A stretch of DNA of 64,000 nt from Leptospiraceae bacterium (GTDB taxonomy: Bacteria > Spirochaetota > Leptospiria > Leptospirales > Leptospiraceae), in the NCBI GenBank assembly GCA_024233835.1, contig JACKPC010000001.1, positions 1,669,442-1,733,441 on the forward strand, read 5' to 3'. Every line of letters begins with the position of its first letter. Position 1 is the stretch's first letter. Below the pieces are notes generated by a model. It had not been told where the DNA came from, did not search any database, and saw only the letters and a list, made by a program, of their open reading frames with translations. Of this stretch, positions 50,110-60,231 are shown in pieces. Position numbers and translations under genes: made by a program.

Positions 50110-50303
50110 GTAAAACATATCGGGACAAAAAACGTACAAATGAAATGGTGAAACAGTTTCCGGATAAAGAGATTTCTTATAAGACAAGAATGAAATGCTA
50201 TCGTGAGAAAGTAAGTTATTCAAAAAATTATGAAGAACGCTCAAAATGTTGGGATCAAATTAGATCAGATGATGATAAACTTGTAGAACTGGAGAATAAA
50301 TAA
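50106..50303 (+). CDS. Small basic protein (65 aa, Lys/Arg-rich, two Cys)
   Basis: MSKTYRDKKRTNEMVKQF... AGGGAG RBS. Its stop overlaps the next start (TAATG). Confidence 0.4.
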   Translation: MSKTYRDKKRTNEMVKQFPDKEISYKTRMKCYREKVSYSKNYEERSKCWDQIRSDDDKLVELENK

Positions 50304-51033
50304 TGGCTAAAACTATGAAAATCAAAGATCTGCGCTTTGTTCGTTTTGGTAATATAGGTAGCTATAAGCAGCATAGATACACAGCAAATGAAAAAGACAT
50401 GAACAACCACCACCCACCTGCAAAATGGGGAATGTATGCATTTCCGGAAGCTGGTATATTTCTAGCACCTGTTACCCTTCGCATATTGGAGGGAAATGCA
50501 TCTGGGCAAAAGACGAGAATGGCAAGTTAATTTCTGCCGAAAATTCTAAATACTATATGACAGAAACTATTCCGGATAAGGAATATCAACCTAATAAAGA
50601 GTTGAGAAAATTGTTAAATAAAAAAAATCAAAAGGTTTTTTATCTCGATTACTGGAGAAAACCCTGTTACTGTAGTACCTGTATGAAGGATAAACAGGTC
50701 AGTCTAAAAAAGGAAAAAAAGCAGGATAATTGCAACAAAGAAAACTACTACTTGATGATTGTCCAAAAGCCAAAAGTTTTTTCCTATACAGGACCGGTTT
50801 GGCATCATCTTGAAAAAACAACAAAACCCGGGGAATACTTAAAAATCAAAGGGGATTGGATTCTTTATGAATACAGGGACTTTGTGGAAATTTTTCACAG
50901 AGCCAGAGTTGCCTATAAAAAAGTTCAATATGAAGAATATAAAGGAACCAACCTGACACATACAGAATTTCCCAGAAGAAACATCTGGTATGGTTCGGGA
51001 GTGGAAGACGAAGTTTTTATTGAGAGAATATAG
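50303..51033 (+). pseudogene. Hypothetical ~245 aa protein interrupted by a single frameshift near 50480-50490 (or a sequencing error)
   Basis: Two overlapping ORFs, 50303..50530 and 50425..51033, in different frames. Both look protein-like on each side of a GGAGGG run. Confidence 0.4.
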
Positions 51034-51070
51034 GTTTTGATAGAATAAGCTAAAAGGAGCTAAATTTTTT

Positions 51071-51667
51071 ATGTATACACATGCAATCATTTTAGATTTT
51101 GAAGCCACCTGCCAGGATGGACCTCGGATAAGTCCTCAGGAAATTATAGAATTTCCATCAGTTTTGGTGTCTCTTGAGCGCAGGGAAGTAATCGATGAGT
51201 TTCAGTCTTTTGTTCGACCGATTCATCATCCCCGATTAACCGATTTTTGCAAAAAGCTTACTTCTATACAACAGGAAGATGTGGATAAAGCCGAATTATT
51301 TCCTGATGTATTCCAAAAGCACCTTGCCTGGTTAAAGAGCCATGATTTGACGGAGAATAATGCATTTATTGTTACCTGCGGTGATTGGGATCTTAAGTCC
51401 GGGTTTCCGGCACAATGTTCACATTCCGAACCTGTAATAGAAGTGGTTCCACCTATATATCAACAATGGCATAATGTGAAACATTCTTTCTGTGACGCTC
51501 AGGGAGTAGAAAAAGCTCCGGGTATGAGAGGAATGCTAAAAGCCCTGGAACTGCCCTTAGTCGGGTGGCATCACAGGGGAATTGATGATTGTAGAAACAT
51601 AGCCAGGATTTTTTTAAAGCTTATGGAGAAAGGCATTAGTCCAGAGATAAGTTCTGTTTCAGGATAA
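51071..51667 (+). CDS. DEDDh 3'-5' exonuclease of the ERI-1/3'hExo-like (DnaQ-like) family
   Basis: Exo I ILDFEATC, Exo II CGDWDL, Exo III HRGIDDCRNIA (H-x4-D). 198 aa. Confidence 0.8.
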   Translation: MYTHAIILDFEATCQDGPRISPQEIIEFPSVLVSLERREVIDEFQSFVRPIHHPRLTDFCKKLTSIQQEDVDKAELFPDVFQKHLAWLKSHDLTENNAFIVTCGDWDLKSGFPAQCSHSEPVIEVVPPIYQQWHNVKHSFCDAQGVEKAPGMRGMLKALELPLVGWHHRGIDDCRNIARIFLKLMEKGISPEISSVSG

Positions 51668-51798
51668 AATACACCAAATTTATTCTTTGAACCATCGGTT
51701 GATGAGGGTTTACTGCTATTGTGGCTGTCCTTTTCTTTCTTTGTTTTTCTTGTACAGGCCTTTTTTCCGCTGTGTAGTTACGAAAAAATAAAATAATT

Positions 51799-53031
51799 CT
51801 AAAACCTATAACTGAAACCACTTGAAATATAGAATCCGGAATTTCCATCCGCTCCTATCATTCTATCGGAAGATAATTTGACATCGACTTTCTTTTTAGG
51901 AGGCATTTCCCCTTCTGCAAATAGGATTACATCGATTATATTTATCATCCAGATACCACCTACAATTTTTGCATAGGTATTTGCTTTTTGTTCGGCCTGC
52001 TTTAAGCGAGTATGGTTTTTATCATTCAACATATAGCTTAACCAGAAACTATTACCATAGTAGGAGGAAAGAAAATCTGGATTAGTACCATAGGGCCAGC
52101 CATTGAAATCCCGGTATTCCTTTTCCCGCTTCTTTAAATTTCTATAAGAAACTGCATAGACCAATGCACTTATCACTGTTGCTGAAAAGAAACTTATCGC
52201 TTTCAGGTTAGAACCATCTCTTCTTTGACCCCAGCCCGGCACCAGTGTGGAACGCCATATCATCGGCCATTTTACAGATTTACCCTCATAAGGGTTTTTT
52301 AGGGATTGTTGTTCCAAATACTCCATGGTTCCACCGGTAATCTTTTTCGCTAAAAACTCCACAGATTCTTCTGCTCCTTCTTCTGAAAGTTCTTCTATTA
52401 AAAGACTTTCCGAAAAATCCACCTTTTGCTTCTTAATGTCTATAACATCAGCGTTTATAAAAATATGGGTTCCGGCTCTGGAAATAGTTCCGGTAAGAAT
52501 CTTATTGGCTCTTAGTTCTACCGGAATCAGGGCAGCACAGTCGGAGCCTATACATTTCTTTCCGGCCAGGGCTTTTTCTATACTCCTGCTGTCGATTACA
52601 GAAAACAAATTTGTTTTAGTGATTTTCGTTTTTAAGAGATTACTATACATTTCTGCTTTTTCTTTTGGTATACCTGTGCCTATTTGGAACTTAATGAACA
52701 CGAGCCTTGGCTTTTCGTCTTCCGGGATAACCCAATCTGTATTGCTCATAAAAGCATCGGCCACCCTGACTCTCTCTTTTTCATAGAGCTCCTTGCGATG
52801 TTGTCCGAGGGCCTGAGCCAATGCCCAATGCACCGGTTTTAGTTTTAGCGATTTTACTACAACCTTCTTAAATTCGTTCGTTCTACCGCTCGAATAGGTA
52901 ATATGGACATGAGTTTCTGTAAGTTTGGCCCTGACATCCTCAATTACCTTTCCGTTTTTTAGAGTAAGTGTATCGGATAGAAGAGCAGACGATAATAGGG
53001 AGCATAATAATATACTAATATAGCTTTTCAT
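51799..53031 (-). CDS. Hypothetical lipoprotein/membrane protein
   Basis: 410 aa with a signal peptide (ILLCSLLSSALLS) and C-terminal hydrophobic segments. Confidence 0.4.
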   Translation of the reverse strand: MKSYISILLCSLLSSALLSDTLTLKNGKVIEDVRAKLTETHVHITYSSGRTNEFKKVVVKSLKLKPVHWALAQALGQHRKELYEKERVRVADAFMSNTDWVIPEDEKPRLVFIKFQIGTGIPKEKAEMYSNLLKTKITKTNLFSVIDSRSIEKALAGKKCIGSDCAALIPVELRANKILTGTISRAGTHIFINADVIDIKKQKVDFSESLLIEELSEEGAEESVEFLAKKITGGTMEYLEQQSLKNPYEGKSVKWPMIWRSTLVPGWGQRRDGSNLKAISFFSATVISALVYAVSYRNLKKREKEYRDFNGWPYGTNPDFLSSYYGNSFWLSYMLNDKNHTRLKQAEQKANTYAKIVGGIWMINIIDVILFAEGEMPPKKKVDVKLSSDRMIGADGNSGFYISSGFSYRF

Positions 53032-53067
53032 AAAAACTCCATTTATTAAACTTTAAAAATCCTCAAC

Positions 53068-55428
53068 TCAAGGTCCGTAGCGAACACAACGGACATTGTT
53101 GAGATAATAGGTCTTAGTGTAGTTGTCGACAGAGCCATTGAGGAAGTAGACGTACCATGCGGAGAGGTCAGAAGAAATGAGGCCACTCGCCGACCAATAG
53201 CCGGACAAAATTGTATTAGGAAAGAAAATTCCATTAATTTTTGCTCCTGTATCTTCGTTCTCTCCGGATAAATCTATCAATGTCTTTAATTCTTCAATTG
53301 TAGGTACCCGCCAACCTGTTTTCCCGGCAAAACCACCTGTTGGATTTGTATTCAAATCATTACAGGAGTTATATGCTGTACTGGAACCATCGTTCAGAAA
53401 TGTACCCAGAATTCCCGTATTGTTTCCTCCATTGCAGTCATTATCCATCTCATTGCAATAATAATATGTTCCTGCGTTTCCATCACAAGCATTTGTATTA
53501 TTATTCCATGTCTGTCCCTGACTACACTTCTTCCATATCAGTCCTGTGCTTTTGTCATAGATTGTGCCATCGCCATTATCAACATACCAGGTCTTTGCTT
53601 CCATATAAGGATCACAGGATATTACAATATTGGATACATTAGAAGTTATAGTTCCGCTTGCATTAAGAACAGTACAGGTCTGATCGGTAGGGTTTGTTTT
53701 TACTGTTACTGCATAGAAAGTATTGTAATTGATATTAGTTGCAAAGGTAAAGTTACCATTGGAATTTAAAGTCAATTCGTTTCCACTGTTCAGTTGCAAT
53801 ACAATGCTTTTAGAACTTCCCATACCCGATAATTCCCCTCCTATAGTATAATTTGTGGTTACACAACTTACGCTGACATTGGAGACATTGGCTGTAGCTG
53901 TTCCGATTCCATTGGAAAGTGTACAGGTCTGACCGGCAGGCTGGGTTTTGATGGTTACGTTATACAAATACGCTACTGATTTAGAAAAGGTAAAGTTGCC
54001 ATCGGCATTTATGCTTAGCTCATCTCCTCCGTTGTTCTGTAGTACCAACATTCCACTGAGTCCTGTTACTGTGCCTCCGATGGTAAAACTCTGGCAACTC
54101 ACGCTTACATTTGTAACATTAGTAATAGCAGTTCCACTAGCATTGCTAACTGTACATGTCTGCCCGGTGGGCTGGGTTTTCACTGTTACACTATAATCAC
54201 CCGCAACATCTGTGGAAAATTTAAAACTACCATTAGAAGTGATAGTTATATCATCTCCACCATTCTTTTGTAATACAAGAGTACCGCTCAATCCGCTTAC
54301 TGTTCCTGCCACAGTATAGGTAACAAGTCTGCCTGTGGTAAAACTGTAGGTTTTATTTTCGCCCAGAGAGTTTCCTGCCAGATCCTTTATTGTGCCAAGA
54401 ATAGTGATGCGGTGCTTCGTACTGGTGCGAAAGCTTTCATTCACTCGAAAGATTAGAGTCTTTTCTTCTCCGCTGACAGTTCCCGGAACATTTTTACTAT
54501 TTTCATTTTTATCAATCTCTACTATAGATAAGGATTGAGTATTCAAAGTAGTTATATCAATTGCTTCTGAGAAAATTAAAGTTATAAGAGTATTATTCGA
54601 CACATTCGTTGAGCCATCTGTCGGAATCACAGTTTCCACAACAGGTGGAGAGTTGTCTAAAATATCGTTGGTAGTAAAACTTATGTTTGTTGCTGTCGCA
54701 AGAGAATTACCGGCAAGGTCTTTGATTCCTGTTTGAATGAAAATTGTATAATTTGTCCAGGAGGAAAAGATGGCGGATGGTTTAAGCTGCACGACACTGC
54801 CGATAAACTCTAATTCTTTTTCTAATATAGTGTCTCCCTGTTTTAAGATAATAGTTTCATTACTCACCGTATCCGGATCTAAAGCCTCATTGAATACCAA
54901 TTGGATAGATGTATTTCTAACTATCTCAGAGGAAGAATTTGCCGGATAGCTGGTTTTTATAGAAGGAGATTCGTTATCTATATTATTATTGGTGGTGAAA
55001 TATATGAGTTCTTCGACCGGATTTTCCTGTGTATTACCCTCTAAATCCCGGACATTGTTCATAAATTTGACTGTGTGTTTTGTGTTTGCCGTATAGTATT
55101 CGGAAGGTGTAAACTTCAGGGTATTTTTAGAAATGCTAACAGTTCCTTGAATTTCTTTACCACCTGCATCATAGACCTAGAGGGTAGTTTCATTGGCAGA
55201 AGTGGAAATAAGGTTTTCATCATACACAATTAAAAAGGAGCGATTGCGGGCTATGTCGGTCTCGTAATTATAAGGTGTGGTATAGTTTACCTCGGGTGGA
55301 GTTTTATCCTTTTGTAACCAGAGATAATGCAAAAACAAACCGGGTGAGGGTTCAAAAGGATTATTGAAGTTTATCCCCGGAGTACAGGAAGAAAGAAAAA
55401 TAAGAAGTAGAATTACCAACCATTTCAT
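53068..55428 (-). pseudogene. Lipoprotein with SbsA-type Ig-like domains and a C-terminal DUF1566 (Lcl-C) domain, split by one in-frame TAG at 55174-55176
   Basis: The 55177..55428 ORF (signal peptide + lipobox, homologous to the N-terminus of 57998..60079) and the 53068..55062 ORF are in the same frame, separated by a single TAG. C-terminus KTWYVDN.DGTIYDKSTGLIW..CSQGQTW...WRVPT..EL..L...YWS (DUF1566). Confidence 0.6.
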
Positions 55429-55446
55429 GATGAGAGTCCGATATCT

Positions 55447-55475
55447 ATGATATGCTTTTTCATTTAATAAAGCAA
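55447..55475 (-). promoter_or_regulatory. Putative sigma70-type promoter of the lipoprotein gene (minus strand TTGCTT-N17-TATCAT)
   Basis: The same block is conserved upstream of the three lipoprotein gene copies/remnants (55429-55505, 60080-60135, 61277-61350). Confidence 0.3.
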
Positions 55476-55526
55476 GAATAAAAATATAGTTTACAGCAAT
55501 TATGAACAGTTTAGGCTACTACTAAG

Positions 55527-56285
55527 ATGAAACCGCCGGAAGAAAAAGAGACCTATCACCTAATTTTCCCCGAACAATACCCGCTACCTCCTCGCATTCA
55601 GGAACTTTCGAGGCTCAATACCGAACTAAGTTTATCGTATCAAGAAAATACATTGATTATCCGGGAAGCTCCCCCCTACGCCTTTCGAGACTATGAAAAC
55701 TTTCTTTTACGCCTTCCGGGTTTTACTGAAGAACTATTCTTTCAACTCGAAGAACTGAACGATGAAACACATTTTGAATTTGATGATAACGAGGAGGTCA
55801 TTGTTAAAATGTCTACTTTTGCATTAATAAGTTTATTAACAGGTGCTGTTTTAACTTCCCTTTTTATCTGGGCAAAGTCCAGAAAGAGCGGCAGGGTGTA
55901 CACAGAAGACGGAGGCTATATGCTCGAAAGCCCGAACGGAAAACATCTTCATAGAATGGCGGATATTTCTTATATAGCCTACAGTAAAGCTTCCCCGGAA
56001 GAACAGGCTAGCTGGTATTCCCGCATTCCCATAGCTCCGAGTCTTGCGGTTGAAGTTGTATCGGCTAAAAGAGGTTTAAAACCGGCACTGAAAAAAATGA
56101 AAGATATCTGGATGGCAAACGGCACTGAACTCGGGCTTGTTATCTGTCCTTTCAGTAAGAAAATCTATATATTTGAAATATCTAAAGAATCCTATACCGA
56201 ACAGAGTATATTCGAGGATTTCACCCATCCCGACCTCCCCGGCTACAAAGAAAACTTCAGCGAATATGTAGAAAAGATAAAATAG
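55527..56285 (+). CDS. Membrane-anchored Uma2-family (PD-(D/E)XK-like) protein, paralog 3
   Basis: Same architecture as 11103/11970: N-terminal domain, TM helix (FALISLLTGAVLTSLFIWA), and C-terminal ADISYIAY...APSLAVEVVSAKRGLKPALKKM...GTELGLVICPFSKKIYIFE. Confidence 0.6.
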   Translation: MKPPEEKETYHLIFPEQYPLPPRIQELSRLNTELSLSYQENTLIIREAPPYAFRDYENFLLRLPGFTEELFFQLEELNDETHFEFDDNEEVIVKMSTFALISLLTGAVLTSLFIWAKSRKSGRVYTEDGGYMLESPNGKHLHRMADISYIAYSKASPEEQASWYSRIPIAPSLAVEVVSAKRGLKPALKKMKDIWMANGTELGLVICPFSKKIYIFEISKESYTEQSIFEDFTHPDLPGYKENFSEYVEKIK

Positions 56286-56363
56286 CTCTAAAACCTAAAA
56301 CCGCTTGAAATATAGAATCCGGGAATAGTTAGTTTCATAATTATAAGGCGTGCTAAAGTTTAC

Positions 56364-56680
56364 CTACGGTGGTGTTTTGTCAGTCTGCAACCAGAGGTAG
56401 TGTAAGAGAAGACCGGGTGAGGGTTCAAAGACATTATTGTAGTTTATTTCTCCAAGGCAGGAGAAGAGTAAAAGAGTTACTATAGACAAGAACTTTTTCA
56501 TATAATTATACACAATTTCACATAATTCCATATTGAATATACATAAGTTTTTCGAACATCTCAAGTGTTTTTTTCTTTTTCATCTTTTTTAGTAAGATAT
56601 CCATCAGTATATATTACCTTTCACGCACTACAGTTCGGAGCGAACACAACGAACGTAGTTGCAGTTTGTTTCGTTTTTTA
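56364..56680 (-). pseudogene. Deletion remnant of a DUF1566 lipoprotein gene (N-terminal 60 codons plus the last ~10 codons; ~2 kb of interior missing)
   Basis: The 56364..56564 ORF retains the signal peptide and FEPSPGLLLHYLWLQTDKTPP. 56620-56680 retains the ...NYVRCVRSEL* 3' end, similar to the ends of the intact copies. Confidence 0.5.
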
Positions 56681-56709
56681 ATTTGGATAATTCCAAAGTT
56701 GGAGGAAAA

Positions 56710-57888
56710 TCAAATAGTTTCTAATTCTTTTGTTTTAATAATTGAATCAATAATTATCTTCTTTTTTGCTTGGAATTTTTCAAAAAGAACTTTCTGTTTT
56801 TCATTCAACTCGGTACCATATTTTGCTTCTATTAATATTCTATCTTCAGTAAGAAAATCCAGTTCTACTTCTTCCTGTAAATAATATATTTTACTTTTAT
56901 TTCTTATTAGAAGATAAATATAATTTTCAAAATAACTTCCTAAGTCTCTTTCTCCATGGAATAAAAACTTTATACCGAGATCACTTGCATAAACCTTCTT
57001 TGGACTCAATATTTTTTCATTTGTTTTTCCCCATCTTGATACAAGATGAATAAGGTATGTTGCTTCAAAATAAGACAGATAGCGTCTCGAAGTATCAGGA
57101 GAAATTTTTAATATTTTTGCTATTTTATTTATACTGATCTGTTTTCCACTTCTTTCCATCAACAAAGAAAAGTAGTCACGCATAACGTCACTATTTTTTA
57201 AACCGTAAAAAGCCGTTATGTCTTTTTGAATAATATCTTCTACAAGTCCCATCAAATATTGTCTTTCGGGATAATTAATATTTTCTGGCATTCCTCCTAT
57301 TTTAATGTAATCTTTGAAATAGGAATCTAAAAGAGAAGCATCTCTTTTTTTGACTGAGATTCCTTTAAAATCCAGGAATTCAAAAAAGTCCAGGGGTTGT
57401 ACTTCAAATACTGTAGTTCTACCTGTTAAATTTGCTCTTTTATCTTTAAGAAGAGAACTTGAAGAAGACGTAGCAATGATTTTTAAATTTTCTTTATCAA
57501 ATAAGTTTTTAAGCTGAATTTCATATTCATTTTTATATGTGATTTCATCAAAAAAAAGATAAGACTTTTCTTCAGATTTAATTTTGCATATTTTTCTATA
57601 TAAAGTGAGAATCTCGTGGATTGAGTTATTCTTAAATAAATAATCATCCATACTGATATAAAAAATATTTTTAGGTTTAATTCCTTTTTTTAAAAGATGG
57701 TGGATCATCAATTTCATGAGACTTGTTTTTCCCACCCGCCTGAGACCTGTAAGAAAAAGGATTCTATTTTCATTCAACCAGAATGGGAACTTTTCCTTAA
57801 GGCTTTTCCTATTCCACAATTCTATCTTAAAATCATTTTCCCACCACGGATTATAAGAATAAAGCGATTCTTCCATTTGAACAACCAT
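56710..57888 (-). CDS. AAA+ ATPase, AAA_14 + DUF4143 family
   Basis: 392 aa with Walker A GLRRVGKTSL, Walker B FFDEI and a DUF4143 C-terminus. Very AT-rich. Confidence 0.85.
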   Translation of the reverse strand: MVVQMEESLYSYNPWWENDFKIELWNRKSLKEKFPFWLNENRILFLTGLRRVGKTSLMKLMIHHLLKKGIKPKNIFYISMDDYLFKNNSIHEILTLYRKICKIKSEEKSYLFFDEITYKNEYEIQLKNLFDKENLKIIATSSSSSLLKDKRANLTGRTTVFEVQPLDFFEFLDFKGISVKKRDASLLDSYFKDYIKIGGMPENINYPERQYLMGLVEDIIQKDITAFYGLKNSDVMRDYFSLLMERSGKQISINKIAKILKISPDTSRRYLSYFEATYLIHLVSRWGKTNEKILSPKKVYASDLGIKFLFHGERDLGSYFENYIYLLIRNKSKIYYLQEEVELDFLTEDRILIEAKYGTELNEKQKVLFEKFQAKKKIIIDSIIKTKELETI

Positions 57889-57997
57889 ACTATCATATCG
57901 TATATTTGTCTACAATAATATATGTTTCAATCGTATAGGTAAGCATTTTATCTACTTTATTCTTACTCCATAATTCAAAAATTAATTTCCATTTACA

Positions 57998-60079
57998 CTA
58001 CGGTCCGGATACACAACGTACATAGCCGTCAAAGGTCTTAGAGACGCTGTGGACATAGCCAGTAACGAAACCGACGAGCAACGCGCTCGTAGTATTAGGC
58101 GCATAGGTAGTAGAACTCCAATAAAAGCCAGCAATGGTATTTGGAAATAAATTTCCATTGTTCAAAGCCCCTGTTGAAGAATAATTTTGTCCTGATAGAT
58201 CCAATAGAGTCTCCAACTCAGTAACAGAAGGAACTCTCCAATTGGTTCTTCCGGCAAATCCAGCAGGGGGATTAGAATTCAAATTATTGCATTGTGTGTA
58301 AGCTTCGCTTGTCCCGGTTCCATTTAAAGTATAGGGAGGATTTCCCGATGCATCAGAGTTACAACTATTATTATTAACGTCACAATATCGATATTTTACT
58401 GCAGTTCCATCACAACTATTTGTGTTTTCATTCCATGTCTGTCCCTGGCTACACTTTAGCCAGATTAGTCCCGTACTTTTATCATAGATTGTTCCATCTT
58501 TATTATCCACATACCAGGTCTTGGATTCCATATAGGGATTACATGACACCGTAATATTAGAGACGTTAGCAGTTGCTGTTCCTGTTGCATTGAGAATGGT
58601 ACATGTTTGAGTGGAAGGGTTTGTTTTTACAGTTACTGCATATGAATTATTATAATTGATGTTTGTTCCAAAAGTAAAACTTCCATTGGAATTTAAAGTT
58701 AAATCACTACCACTATTCAGTTGTAAAACAATATTTTTTCCACTCCCCATTCCTGAAAGATTCCCGCTGATAGGAAAAGCCGATGTAACACAACTCACGC
58801 TTATATTGCTCACATTTGCAGAGGCTGTACCATTGCCATTGCTAACTGTACATGTCTGTCCCGTGGGTTGTGTTTTTGCAGTCACACTATAATAACTTGA
58901 TACACCGGTGGTAAATGTAAGACTTCCATCGGATGTAAGAGTCAATTCATCTCCACCGTTATTTTGTAATATTAGAGTTCCACTCAATCCGCTGACAGTT
59001 CCACCAACCGTATAGGTGACAAGTCTGCCTGTGGTAAAATTATAAGTTTTATTGGTCCCCATGGCATTGCCGGACAGGTCTTTTATCGTACCCATAAGGG
59101 TGATTTGGTGTTTGGTACTCGTTCGAAAACTTTCATTCACACGAAAGATAAGACTCCTGCCTTCTCCACTTACAGCACCCGGTACTTTTTTGATACTTCC
59201 ATCTTCAAATATTTCTTCTATATAAAAAGAAGAGGTATTCAAAGTATTCACATCTATAGCCTCGGAAAAATTTACCGTTATAAGAGTATTATTCGACACA
59301 TTCGTTGAACCATCCGCCGGAATCACCGTTTCTATTACCGGGGGAGTTCTGTCCGAGGTATCTGTTGTGGTAAAACTGATTGTTTGTTCAGACGCCAGAG
59401 CATTGCCGGACAGATCCTTTATCCCGGTGGTAATCAATAATGCATATGTAGTGTTGGGTTGAAACCCAACAACAGGTTGAAACCCAACACCGGGCTTAGG
59501 AAGTTGTATCTGTACCACAGAGCCATAAGAGGAAATCTCTGTCTCAATGACAGTGTCTCCCTGTTTCAGTATAAAAGTATCCGTACTCGCATTCAGAGGA
59601 GTGCTGGTTTTTAAAATAGGAGGCTCTGTGTCTATATCATTACCCGTGGTAAAGTAAAAAACATCTTCCTTGAACACAGGCTGCACATTCCCCGCTAAAT
59701 CTTTCACGCTCTTTTGCAGCTTTACCGTATGTAAGCTATTCGCTGCATAGTATTCCGTCGGTATGAATTTTAGAGTATTCCTATTTACTTCTAATTTGCC
59801 CGGAACCTGAGTCGTAGCATGAAAAACCTGTAAAGTGTTTTCCTTCACAGACTCAGAAAGAATGGGTTCATCATATACTATTAATATAGAACGATTCCGG
59901 GAATAGTTAGTTTCGTAATTATAAGGTGTTGTATAGTTTACCTCGGGTGGAGTTTTATCCTTTTGTAACCAGAGATAATGCAAAAACAAACCGGGTGAGG
60001 GTTCAAAAGGATTATTAAAGTTTATCCCCGGAGCGCAGGAGGTAAAGAAAATTAGAAGTAGGTATACCAACCGTTTCAT
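57998..60079 (-). CDS. Lipoprotein with SbsA-type Ig-like domains and a C-terminal DUF1566 (Lcl-C) domain (intact, 693 aa)
   Basis: Lipobox LIFFTSCAPG. Ig-like PPVIETVIPADGSTNVSNNTLITVNFSEAID. C-terminus KTWYVDNKDGTIYDKSTGLIWLKCSQGQTW...WRVPSVTELETLLDL..YWSS. Confidence 0.7.
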   Translation of the reverse strand: MKRLVYLLLIFFTSCAPGINFNNPFEPSPGLFLHYLWLQKDKTPPEVNYTTPYNYETNYSRNRSILIVYDEPILSESVKENTLQVFHATTQVPGKLEVNRNTLKFIPTEYYAANSLHTVKLQKSVKDLAGNVQPVFKEDVFYFTTGNDIDTEPPILKTSTPLNASTDTFILKQGDTVIETEISSYGSVVQIQLPKPGVGFQPVVGFQPNTTYALLITTGIKDLSGNALASEQTISFTTTDTSDRTPPVIETVIPADGSTNVSNNTLITVNFSEAIDVNTLNTSSFYIEEIFEDGSIKKVPGAVSGEGRSLIFRVNESFRTSTKHQITLMGTIKDLSGNAMGTNKTYNFTTGRLVTYTVGGTVSGLSGTLILQNNGGDELTLTSDGSLTFTTGVSSYYSVTAKTQPTGQTCTVSNGNGTASANVSNISVSCVTSAFPISGNLSGMGSGKNIVLQLNSGSDLTLNSNGSFTFGTNINYNNSYAVTVKTNPSTQTCTILNATGTATANVSNITVSCNPYMESKTWYVDNKDGTIYDKSTGLIWLKCSQGQTWNENTNSCDGTAVKYRYCDVNNNSCNSDASGNPPYTLNGTGTSEAYTQCNNLNSNPPAGFAGRTNWRVPSVTELETLLDLSGQNYSSTGALNNGNLFPNTIAGFYWSSTTYAPNTTSALLVGFVTGYVHSVSKTFDGYVRCVSGP

Positions 60080-60179
60080 GATGAGAGCCCGATATTTATA
60101 ATATACTTTTTTAATAAATAAGGCAAGAGAAAATTAATCTTTATGAAGAAAAACTCTTTCTTTTTAAATATACTTTCTC

Positions 60180-60208
60180 TTGACAGACTCTCAACAATTA
60201 CGTAAAAT
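60180..60208 (+). promoter_or_regulatory. Near-consensus sigma70 promoter TTGACA-N17-TAAAAT, about 24 nt upstream of the Uma2-like gene
   Basis: Read directly from the sequence: ttgaca gactctcaacaattacg taaaat. Confidence 0.45.
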
Positions 60209-60231
60209 GGAAAAATTAAATGGGAACTGAG

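Noticed and set aside
53340-54196. Plus-strand ORFs inside the DUF1566 lipoprotein pseudogene, and likewise 58656..58892 and 59105..59308 inside the intact copy
   Set aside because: Antisense to the large lipoprotein genes.
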